From Trichodesmium erythraeum IMS101 (lineage in GTDB: Bacteria > Cyanobacteriota > Cyanobacteriia > Cyanobacteriales > Microcoleaceae): a stretch of 32,000 nt of DNA. The number at the start of each line of letters is the position of its first letter. The first letter of the stretch is position 1. Positions 24,768-32,000 of the stretch are shown here, piece by piece. Location of the stretch: NCBI RefSeq assembly GCF_000014265.1, contig NC_008312.1:5130001-5162000 (forward strand), given 5' to 3'. The notes under the pieces were generated by a model. It saw only the letters and a program-made list of their open reading frames with translations, was not told the DNA's origin and did no database searches. A program made the translations under genes and the position numbers.

Positions 24768-27700
24768 ATGATGACAACACCGAGCTCGAGGAGAGTTCAG
24801 AACTCTAGGAATAATCCTCCAGTAGCTGATAAGAACAAAATCACAGTATACGAAAATAGCACAGACACACCTTTAGGAATCACAGCTCCCACGGACCCTG
24901 ATGGAGATCCCCTAACTATTCGAGTCATCGGATTACCAAGATTAGGAACAGTAACTAAAGCTGACGGTACAGAAGTTAAAAGACGTGACAAATTAACATC
25001 AGAGGAATTAGTGGGGTTAGAGTATGATGCCCCTAACAATTACAACGGTAAAGGTAACGCTGGAGGTTTTTTCTACTTTGTTAATGACGGTACATCCAAC
25101 AGGTTAGGTAGCACACGTATAACTATTAATCCTTTACCTGAAGATTTCAAACCAGGGGAAGTCATTGTTAAACTTAAAGATGTCGATAATAAAACATCTT
25201 CTAAGAAGATTGAATCTTTCCGTGATAATCTAGATATTGAAGTAATTTCGACAATTGAAGGGATCGGCGTTGAGTTGTGGAAGTTACCAAATTCTACTAA
25301 TGTACAAGAGTTTGTTGAAGAATATAGTAGCCGTCCGGAGTTTGATATTCAGCCGAATTTTACAAATACTAAGTTGTTTACTCCTAATCATCCTGATGAT
25401 CCAGATTATAATGTTCTAGAGGGTTCTTCTCCTCCTGGGCTAGGACGTCTTTGGGGACTCAACAATAAAGGACAAACTGGGGGAACAGATGATGCAGATA
25501 TTAATGCACCAGAAGCTTGGGGTTTTACAACAACTCCAGTAGTATCTCCTACAGTTAATTCTACTGTTCGTGTAGCTGTTATTGACACAGGTGTTGACGT
25601 AAATCACCCAGATTTAACAGGTAACTTAAATTTAGATTTGGCGGCTAATACAATATTTGGCGATGATCCTGAGGATGTGACAGACAACCACGGTCACGGT
25701 ACTCATGTTGCTGGAATCATTGGTGCTGTAGGAAATAATCAGACAGGAGTAGTCGGAGTCAATTGGGATGTTGAAATCGTGCCGATAAAAGCCTTTGATG
25801 ATATTGATGGCGATGGTGTTCCAGAGGCAACTGATATGGCTATTTTAGAGGCAATTAACTATGCGATTAACGTTGCCAAAGTAGATATAATCAATGCTAG
25901 TTGGGGCAAGCTACCTGATAATGATAATGATGATAATGATGATATAGCGGAACTTTGGAAGAATGTCATAGATAATGATACTGATGACGAAAGCCAACCA
26001 CCACCGTCACCGCCACCACTATTCGTCGCAGCAGCTGGTAATCAAGGGGTTGATATTGATGATCCGGAAAATGCTGTTTACCCTGCGAGCATTGACTCAC
26101 AAAACATTATTTCTGTAGCTGCAACAGACCATGACGATAACCTTTCCTCATTTTCCAACTTTGGAGCATCCGTTGATTTAGCTGCTCCCGGCGGTAGCGA
26201 TATACCAGGTAATGGTCCTGGAAGTTCTACTGATCCTCGTAATATTTATAGTACGTTGCCAAATAATGATTATGGATACAGTGCAGGTACTTCCGCCGCC
26301 GCAGCTTATGTGAGTGGAGCAGCAGCTTTAATGCTGGGGACAAGAAGAGCCAGGAATGAGAAAACCGGTCAGCCTGATTTGAGTACTCTTCAATTGGAAG
26401 AGAAACTTCGAAATGCAATCACTCCTATTAATGGTTTGCCAACAGCCACAGGTGGTCGCCTTAATTTGTATAATGGAATTGATCAGGAAGGTATTGGTTG
26501 GGGTGACGTACACTTTACCACTTTTGACGGTCGTAAATATGACCTTCAATCCTTTGGCGACTTTATTATGGCCGAAACAGCGCGGAATGATGATGACTGG
26601 GTAGTTCAAACTCGTCAACAACCTTGGGCAAAGAATAGTTCAGTTGCTGTTAATACAGCTTTTGCTACCCGAGTTGATGGTAAAACGGTAGTTTTTAACC
26701 AGAAGTTTCCTAACAACAGACTCCAAGTTGGTGGAGTTGATTTTCCCTTGGCTAGCGGTGAGACTAAAAACATTGGGGACAGCAAAATCGAACGTGATGG
26801 CAACAAATACACAATTACCTATGCAGGAAATGATGGTATTATTGATGTTGATGATGCTAAGTTAACAGCTTTTGATAACGGCGATCATATCAATATTCAT
26901 ATATCTGACTTTGCTACAATGCAAGGGCTGTTAGGAAATAATGATGGTAACCCTAACAATGATTTTGCTTTAAGTGATGATACTCAAAAGTCTAACAATG
27001 TAACCGCAAAAACAATACACCAAGAGCATGGTGAGTATTGGCGGGTACCGAGTGAAGACAAAGAACAAAAGGGGGATAGAAAATCTTTGTTTGAAGACTC
27101 AGCCGAGGTTATAGGCATTCCTAAAAGATTTTTAACGCTGGATGGTTTCCCTAAAAATGACGTGGCAGCAGTCAATGCAAAGGTAAAAAAAGCAGGAATT
27201 ACTGACAAAGACAGAGCAGATGCAGTTGCTTTCGACCTTCTTGCAACTGAAGATGAAACTTTTCTGACTAGTGCTGTAGAGTTTTTTAAGTCTGTAGACG
27301 AAGCAAATAATCCTGACGTTCAAGCACCTGTCCAGTTTGACTTCAATGCTGATGGAGTAGCAGACATTCTCTGGCGTGAGGAAAAAGGGCGTCGTGCGCG
27401 TAGTGATATTTGGTTTATGAATGATGATGGTACACTTAATAAAAGTACTCCACTCGTAAATTATTATTCAAGGTGGGATGTAGCAGGAGTAGGAGACTTC
27501 AATGCTGATGGAGTAGCAGACATTCTCTGGCGCCACAAAAAATACGGCTTTAACTATATTTGGTTGATGAATGATGAAGGCACATTTAATAGCCGTCTTC
27601 ACATCAAGCGTCTTAGTTCAAGCTGGAATGTAGAAGGAGTAGCAGACTTCAATGGTGATGGAGTAGAAGACATTTTCTGGCGTAATAAATCTCAAAACCA

Positions 27701-28232
27701 GATTTGGTTTATGAATGATGAGGGCAAAGTTAATAACCGTGCTAGCCTTGACAGTCTTGGTACAAGTTGGGATGTAGCAGGAGTAGGAGATTTCAATGGT
27801 GATGGAGTAGAAGACATTCTCTTGCGTGATACAAAAGGAAGTAACGAGATTTGGTTTATGAATGATCAGGGCGAAGTTGATAACCGTGATCGCCTTAGCC
27901 GTCTTAGTTCAAGGTGGGATGTAGCAGGAGTAGGAGATTTCAATAGTGATGGAGTAGAAGACATTCTCTGGCGTGATACAAAAGGAAGTAATCAGATTTG
28001 GTTAATGAATGATCAGGGGAAAGTTCAGAGTTCTGTTGACCCAGGAAGTTATGATTCAGCTTGGGATGTAGCAGGAGTAGCAGAGTTCAACGGTGATGGA
28101 GTTGCAGATATTCTCTGGCGCGATGAAAATAATGGATCTAACCGTATTTGGTTGATGAATAATGACGGCACACGTAATCAGATCGTTGACCCTGGATCTC
28201 TTGGTTCAACTTGGGACGTAGTTGGGATGTAA
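24768..28232 (+). CDS. Large multidomain subtilase: cadherin-like repeat, I9-like propeptide, peptidase S8, von Willebrand factor type D domain, six FG-GAP/VCBS-like repeats
   Basis: S8 catalytic triad contexts: VAVIDTGVDVNHPDL (Asp 25584-25586), NHGHGTHVAGIIGA (His 25695-25697), GTSAAAAYVSGAAAL (Ser 26292-26294), with the oxyanion Asn in AAAGNQG. VWD domain: GWGDVHFTTFDGRKYDLQSFGDFIMAE ... MQGLLGNNDGNPNNDF. C-terminus: six units of about 49 aa of the form DFNxDGVxDILWR....IWxMNDxG......WDVAGVG. N-terminus: PVADKNKITVYENSTDTPLGITAPTDPDGDPLTIRVIGLP..GTV..ADG, an adhesin-type Ig/cadherin-like repeat. No obvious Sec signal peptide. Confidence 0.9.
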   Translation: MMTTPSSRRVQNSRNNPPVADKNKITVYENSTDTPLGITAPTDPDGDPLTIRVIGLPRLGTVTKADGTEVKRRDKLTSEELVGLEYDAPNNYNGKGNAGGFFYFVNDGTSNRLGSTRITINPLPEDFKPGEVIVKLKDVDNKTSSKKIESFRDNLDIEVISTIEGIGVELWKLPNSTNVQEFVEEYSSRPEFDIQPNFTNTKLFTPNHPDDPDYNVLEGSSPPGLGRLWGLNNKGQTGGTDDADINAPEAWGFTTTPVVSPTVNSTVRVAVIDTGVDVNHPDLTGNLNLDLAANTIFGDDPEDVTDNHGHGTHVAGIIGAVGNNQTGVVGVNWDVEIVPIKAFDDIDGDGVPEATDMAILEAINYAINVAKVDIINASWGKLPDNDNDDNDDIAELWKNVIDNDTDDESQPPPSPPPLFVAAAGNQGVDIDDPENAVYPASIDSQNIISVAATDHDDNLSSFSNFGASVDLAAPGGSDIPGNGPGSSTDPRNIYSTLPNNDYGYSAGTSAAAAYVSGAAALMLGTRRARNEKTGQPDLSTLQLEEKLRNAITPINGLPTATGGRLNLYNGIDQEGIGWGDVHFTTFDGRKYDLQSFGDFIMAETARNDDDWVVQTRQQPWAKNSSVAVNTAFATRVDGKTVVFNQKFPNNRLQVGGVDFPLASGETKNIGDSKIERDGNKYTITYAGNDGIIDVDDAKLTAFDNGDHINIHISDFATMQGLLGNNDGNPNNDFALSDDTQKSNNVTAKTIHQEHGEYWRVPSEDKEQKGDRKSLFEDSAEVIGIPKRFLTLDGFPKNDVAAVNAKVKKAGITDKDRADAVAFDLLATEDETFLTSAVEFFKSVDEANNPDVQAPVQFDFNADGVADILWREEKGRRARSDIWFMNDDGTLNKSTPLVNYYSRWDVAGVGDFNADGVADILWRHKKYGFNYIWLMNDEGTFNSRLHIKRLSSSWNVEGVADFNGDGVEDIFWRNKSQNQIWFMNDEGKVNNRASLDSLGTSWDVAGVGDFNGDGVEDILLRDTKGSNEIWFMNDQGEVDNRDRLSRLSSRWDVAGVGDFNSDGVEDILWRDTKGSNQIWLMNDQGKVQSSVDPGSYDSAWDVAGVAEFNGDGVADILWRDENNGSNRIWLMNNDGTRNQIVDPGSLGSTWDVVGM
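27330..28229 (+). repeat. Six tandem ~147-bp coding repeats (FG-GAP/VCBS-like blades) with long identical DNA stretches
   Basis: For example, gacttcaatgctgatggagtagcagacattctctggcg is identical in units 1 and 2. Units 3-5 share ttcaatggtgatggagtagaagacatt and gatttggtt(t/a)atgaatgat. Confidence 0.9.
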
Positions 28233-28277
28233 AACATTAACATCCTCCCGACGCTGCTTTCTGAAACAGCGCGGGTT

Positions 28278-28296
28278 CCCCTCACCTTGGGGTTTT
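28278..28296 (+). terminator. Intrinsic terminator of the subtilase gene (CCCC-TCACCTT-GGGG-TTTT), preceded by a second hairpin CGCTG...CAGCG (28252-28271)
   Basis: Read directly. It lies 46 nt after the stop, in a convergent intergenic region. Confidence 0.55.
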
Positions 28297-28359
28297 AGTA
28301 GCAACTATGGATAAAACCAGAGCTGTATCTACTCCCTAAACACAAAAATCATAGCCAAA

Positions 28360-28881
28360 TTAACTAATGCCAGAAATATGTACAGAAACTACATTTTTAA
28401 TTTCTGGGCAATGGGTTTTAATAGCTTGTTCCACACCGTCTTTCATGGTTAATGTGGAAGCAGGACAGTTACTACAATTTCCCACTAACTTGACCTCTAC
28501 GGTATCGGGCAATTTTATCCCAACTAACTCCACATCACCATTATGGCTTTGCAAACCTGGGCGAACTTCATCCAATGCTTGTTGAATCCTAATTTCTAAA
28601 GGTGGTGTGGGTGGTTTAACTAATTCGTGGTAACGCAATAAACCATAAACTACCTCATCTTGCACCGCTTCACGCAGTGCTGGCATAGATTCTTTTTTCA
28701 CACTACGAATTAATCTAGTCAAAGCTTCTTTGTGTAATGCTTCAATAGCATTTTTCAATCCCTCAACTACTAACTTTTGATTTTCATCCCAATGAGCGAT
28801 CGTCTGTTCAAAGTGGGTAATATCAGAGACCAGAGCTTCTAGACTCACAGACTCTGGCAAAGGAATTTTAGCTTGAGTCAT
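28360..28881 (-). CDS. NifU-like (Nfu-type) Fe-S cluster scaffold or carrier domain protein
   Basis: C-terminal block LQSHNGDVELVGIKLPDTVEVKLVGNCSNCPASTLTMKDGVEQAIKTHCPEI matches the NifU C-terminal domain with its CxxC motif. It is preceded by an N-terminal helical region of about 95 aa. Confidence 0.85.
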   Translation of the reverse strand: MTQAKIPLPESVSLEALVSDITHFEQTIAHWDENQKLVVEGLKNAIEALHKEALTRLIRSVKKESMPALREAVQDEVVYGLLRYHELVKPPTPPLEIRIQQALDEVRPGLQSHNGDVELVGIKLPDTVEVKLVGNCSNCPASTLTMKDGVEQAIKTHCPEIKNVVSVHISGIS

Positions 28882-28882
28882 A

Positions 28883-28946
28883 TCAGTTATTAGTTATTAG
28901 TTATCGGTTATCAATTATCAGTTATTAATTATTAGTTATCAATTAT
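28883..28946. repeat. Array of nine heptamer repeats, STRR-type (tcagtta ttagtta ttagtta tcggtta tcaatta tcagtta ttaatta ttagtta tcaatta)
   Basis: Read directly, immediately upstream of the NifU-like start codon. Confidence 0.9.
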
Positions 28947-29201
28947 ATTATGTCCGGAGCATCGCTTCTCAAAAAACTTTCTCCCATAATTGCCAATTCT
29001 ATCTTTGTGCTGAGAGCAACAGAATATCCTGCCAAAATTTTCCAAGGTGTAAGCATTCAACCGGACATAATATTCTTCTCCTGGGTAGGAAATTCCTTTT
29101 TCGTGTTCTGTAGAGAAACAGTGCCTCCAACTGAAGCCGGAGGCAACAAAATCAGAAGTTTCTTTTTTTATCCTCTTGAAATAAGAAGCTATTAATCTTA
29201 T
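28932..29201 (-). other. Stop-to-stop 89-codon open frame without a canonical start (possible gene relic or unconventional start). It competes with the + strand track ORF 28950-29195.
   Basis: The minus frame reads IRLIASYFKRIKKETSDFVASGFSWRHCFSTEHEKGISYPGEEYYVRLNAYTLENFGRIFCCSQHKDRIGNYGRKFFEKRCSGHNIIDN*. It is co-oriented with the flanking minus-strand genes. Its last codons are encoded by the heptamer array. Confidence 0.25.
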
Positions 29202-29221
29202 TTATTAATCATTTGAGCTTT

Positions 29222-29455
29222 TTATTTCAACTTCATATCTTTGAGTAAAAATGGCATAAGAATTCCAGTTCCTAGACTAGAAATGATAATTGGCAAGAAC
29301 AATGTTGTCTCCATTTGTGCCATTACTATTAACAGTAAAGCACCAACTGTAGTTGCCAAAACTACTTGTTTAATAAAGTCAAGTGGATCTCGTAGCAGTT
29401 TACCCTTGAGTAACAACTTGACACTATACAAACCTATTTCTAACATAAAAATCAA
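29222..29455 (-). CDS. Small membrane protein, hypothetical (77 aa from TTG 29455, or 74 aa from ATG 29446)
   Basis: Two hydrophobic helices (VVLATTVGALLLIVMA; LFLPIIISSLGTGILMPFLL). I recognise no family. Confidence 0.45.
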   Translation of the reverse strand: MIFMLEIGLYSVKLLLKGKLLRDPLDFIKQVVLATTVGALLLIVMAQMETTLFLPIIISSLGTGILMPFLLKDMKLK

Positions 29456-29482
29456 CTCCTATTCAAAATCATTTTTTTGAAA

Positions 29483-29773
29483 CTAAACAAATTTCAAAAT
29501 TGTCAAACCCACAATAACTGCAGGAATGACACCAGCAGGACCAAACAAACCACCAATAGTAGCAGCTAGACCATAACCTAAGTCTTTTCCTGCTAACCAT
29601 ATTCCACCAATAGCACCAGCAAGAATTGAAATTAAGCTAGCAACTGCCAGCCAAAATATAGCAGTCAGTATTGTAATTTCTCCTGTAGCCAAGTTACTCA
29701 AAAAAACATGAAAGCTTGGCATTACCTCCAAGTTTGCCATCAGAGTATTAGTAGTCGTAAGTAAATAAGTCAT
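29483..29773 (-). CDS. Small Gly-rich membrane protein, hypothetical (96 aa)
   Basis: ATG preceded by AGGAG (taattaggagaagaaaaATG). Glycine-zipper-like helices ILAGAIGGIWLAGKDLGYGLAATIGGLFGPAGVIPAVIVGL. Confidence 0.6.
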   Translation of the reverse strand: MTYLLTTTNTLMANLEVMPSFHVFLSNLATGEITILTAIFWLAVASLISILAGAIGGIWLAGKDLGYGLAATIGGLFGPAGVIPAVIVGLTILKFV

Positions 29774-29843
29774 TTTTCTTCTCCTAATTATCTTGAAACA
29801 TACTATTTTCTACAAGTTATACCAATTGACTTTTAAGGTGTTA

Positions 29844-30099
29844 GGTTTTAGGCTTTAGATTTAAAAGTTAACAAGTTGATCACATCAGGGTTTAGGCAAA
29901 TTCACTTTTACGCCATTTTTAGAGGCTTTCTGGTATTCGCCCTCACGCTCATGTAGTGGCCTTTGCGTAAGTTCCGAATATCTTATTACTAAATAAATTT
30001 ATTTTGCTGCTTCATACATTTATTTTGCTTCGTTAAATCTCAATAACTGTTGACTTCAATCATTTTCTATCTTTAGTGTTAACCACCAAGCCTAAAACC
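29844..30099. repeat. Candidate MITE-like element bounded by a 12-bp perfect inverted repeat GGTTTTAGGCTT / AAGCCTAAAACC
   Basis: Arms at 29844-29855 and 30088-30099. The interior holds an ACTTACGCAAAGG motif (minus strand, about 29961) with a partial inverted partner GCGTAAAAGT (about 29905, minus-strand reading). Confidence 0.3.
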
Positions 30100-30193
30100 A
30101 CTAAACTAACTAACTATCTTTGCTCTTTACGACTAAACCAGCAAACATACTAAAACTTAAAATATTTGGGAGCGCTAATAGTCAGCTAGTAAA

Positions 30194-31213
30194 TTAAACT
30201 TTACACAACAACAATTCAGCTTCCACTTCTGCCAATGCTTCCAAAACTACTGATGCTTTTTCCATCTCCCTATACCGAGAAAAAATTTCTTGAGCTTCCC
30301 CATAGAGATTTTTGGCCTCAAGTAAATTATGATAATTTCCGGCTTCTGGCTTTTCTGGGTTATCAGGTAAATTATATAGCAGATTTGCTTTATTAGAGAT
30401 AGTTGTCGCATACTCTAATGGTGTATCTTTAGCAGTACGAACTTTTAGAGCTTCATTGTAAGCACTCAAAGCCCGCAAATTATTATCTATCGGATGGAGA
30501 CTAGGGAGATATTGTAAAGCATTAGCCAAGTTATTTTGCAACATCGCGTATTCTTTAGGATGTTCGATCAGGTTAATTGCTCTTAATGCCCCCTCAAATG
30601 ACTGTACAGCCATTGCTTGTCCCATACCTTCTTTTTCTGGATCTAAAGTCATAGAAAGGTAAGCGATCGCTATATTATTCTGCAATATGGCATATTCTTG
30701 GGGATATTTGTCCACTGTAAATACTGACAATGCTTGTTGAGATACCTGTATTGCTTGTTGCATTGTTGCCAAATTATCAGGAACTAACCCTTGCAACACC
30801 AGCCCCAAATTCATTTCCGCTTCGGCAATTTCTTCAGGTTTTGCCTGTTCCCTTAGTGTTGTTAAAGCAGTTTCATAAGCTTCTTTTGCCTCTAATAGTA
30901 AATTAACCCCTCCTCCGGGCATTGTTCTCAAAGCTGTCGCCATTCCTACTAAGGCCCTTGCTTGCAGTAGAGTATAATTTTCTCCAGATAATTCTATAGC
31001 TTGCTGATATAAATAAATAGCATCATATAATTGTTTATAGTTCTGGGGTTTTTGTTGTAACCCATTTGCCATTTCAATCAACATTTGAATTTTTTCTAGA
31101 ACATTTACAGACTCTGATTCTATAGCATTCAAAGCCGCTTTTACCGTCGTATCACTAATAGTTTGCAGCACAATTTTACAGAAATTAGTATTTTCAACAA
31201 AAAAAATTGACAA
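30194..31213 (-). CDS. TPR-like repeat protein
   Basis: Reiterated helical-repeat signatures of about 40 aa: EYAILQNNIAIAYL, EYAMLQNNLANALQ, EYATTISNKANLLY, EIAEAEMNLGLVLQ, each followed by A..aYeeAL-type helices. The track start is TTG (31213) and in-frame GTG/ATG codons lie downstream, so the start is uncertain. Confidence 0.75.
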   Translation of the reverse strand: MSIFFVENTNFCKIVLQTISDTTVKAALNAIESESVNVLEKIQMLIEMANGLQQKPQNYKQLYDAIYLYQQAIELSGENYTLLQARALVGMATALRTMPGGGVNLLLEAKEAYETALTTLREQAKPEEIAEAEMNLGLVLQGLVPDNLATMQQAIQVSQQALSVFTVDKYPQEYAILQNNIAIAYLSMTLDPEKEGMGQAMAVQSFEGALRAINLIEHPKEYAMLQNNLANALQYLPSLHPIDNNLRALSAYNEALKVRTAKDTPLEYATTISNKANLLYNLPDNPEKPEAGNYHNLLEAKNLYGEAQEIFSRYREMEKASVVLEALAEVEAELLLCKV

Positions 31214-31452
31214 GAAAAATATTCTTTTGAACTATCTAATATATTTTGCTTAAATTTTACTTAATTTAATTAATTCAATTTAATTAATATTTTCATAGTT
31301 CATGTTTTCTTTAATACTTAAATACTGAGTTTTAGCTATTAATAAATCAATCACAAATCGGGTGAGCAATGGAAAAATTTCCAGAATAAATAGTAATCTT
31401 TATTAACCCACCCTCAAAGGATAATTTAAATTTTTTACAACTTTAATATTGT

Positions 31453-31782
31453 TCAAATTTTGGCTGGGAATGCCATTTCTTTAGAACTACGTTCAAGACT
31501 AATCATATTAGTAATAGATTCTGGTAATTCCTGCAAATTATCTGTATCTTCAGAACTACTTAAAGGAGATACAAAAGTATAACAAGGGTCACATTCACCA
31601 GTATCATAAACCTGAAGAATCCAATAGTCAGGACATCCTTTTATCCCAACTTCAACAATATACCAACTAGATTCTTGTTTAGCATACCTAATAGTAAACC
31701 AATCTTTTTCAGTCTGGGGAATTTCCCAATCATTAATCAAAAAATCAATTGCTAAATTTTCTGCTTCTTTTTGAGAAAACAT
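31453..31782 (-). CDS. Hypothetical protein (109 aa)
   Basis: ATG start. It lies 17 nt downstream of the stop of the preceding minus-strand ORF. I recognise no family. Confidence 0.5.
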   Translation of the reverse strand: MFSQKEAENLAIDFLINDWEIPQTEKDWFTIRYAKQESSWYIVEVGIKGCPDYWILQVYDTGECDPCYTFVSPLSSSEDTDNLQELPESITNMISLERSSKEMAFPAKI

Positions 31783-31798
31783 AACATTAACTATCTAT

Positions 31799-32000
31799 TT
31801 ACTGAGCAGGAGCTTGAGAAGCATTTGGGTCAGGATAAAACCCTAATTGTTTTGCTAATTCACGAGCAAGATGGAATAAAAATTTAGCTCCATCTTGATT
31901 TCCATGATGAATTTGGGCTTGACCTACTTCCATTAAAACGGAAATAAAATCTGCATCAACTAATTCAATATTTTCATCTAAAATATCAGGTTCTTTCCCA
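31799..32000 (-). CDS. 3' end of an unidentified gene (the gene enters from the right edge)
   Basis: The reverse complement is open from the window edge and reads ...GKEPDILDENIELVDADFISVLMEVGQAQIHHGNQDGAKFLFHLARELAKQLGFYPDPNASQAPAQ*, with stop at 31799-31801. Confidence 0.5.
   Translation of the reverse strand, partial: GKEPDILDENIELVDADFISVLMEVGQAQIHHGNQDGAKFLFHLARELAKQLGFYPDPNASQAPAQ

Noticed and set aside
24797-27323. Eight track ORFs, mostly antisense, within the subtilase gene
   Set aside because: They are all embedded in a long CDS that has strong domain motifs, and none has independent support.
28367-28585. 72-aa + strand ORF
   Set aside because: It is antisense to the NifU-like CDS.
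29241-29480. 79-aa + strand ORF
   Set aside because: It is antisense to the small membrane-protein gene, and its orientation conflicts with the co-directional minus-strand gene string.

Overview
This 32-kb chromosomal window is from a cyanobacterium, probably a filamentous Nostocales-type genome. That origin is an inference from nine exact HIP1 palindromes (GCGATCGC at 2974, 9858, 10577, 14408, 17413, 23274, 24109, 24659, 30663), heptamer STRR-type tandem repeats, low GC, and gene content (GUN4-like, CHAT, ABA4-like, CPP1-like). I accept about 20 CDSs, one tRNA-Gln(UUG), a frameshifted serpin pseudogene with a shuffled second copy, and several repeat or RNA-like elements. Housekeeping or ordinary genes are birA, pgeF, a class-I disulfide oxidoreductase, a NifU-like protein, a family-5 ABC substrate-binding lipoprotein, an ABC-3 metal permease and an M23 peptidase. 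Only about 62% of the window lies in intact ORFs, and there are five AT-rich non-coding blocks of 0.7-1.7 kb. The most interesting locus is a self-contained two-gene cassette at 6368-9645. It pairs a 111-aa protein with a 979-aa protein built as caspase-like CHAT protease, then P-loop STAND NTPase, then a C-terminal GUN4-like domain. I read it as a ligand-gated protease switch (a conflict or cell-death type system) whose neighbouring small protein could be substrate or adaptor. Secondary items are a 1154-aa protein (cadherin-like repeat, subtilase S8, von Willebrand D domain, six FG-GAP/VCBS-like repeats), a tandem ~112-nt repeat that looks like a multicopy sRNA array, a ~185-nt structured RNA candidate, an orphan intrinsic terminator, and an ambiguous segment upstream of the NifU-like gene. 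All family assignments come from motif reading by eye; no searches were run.
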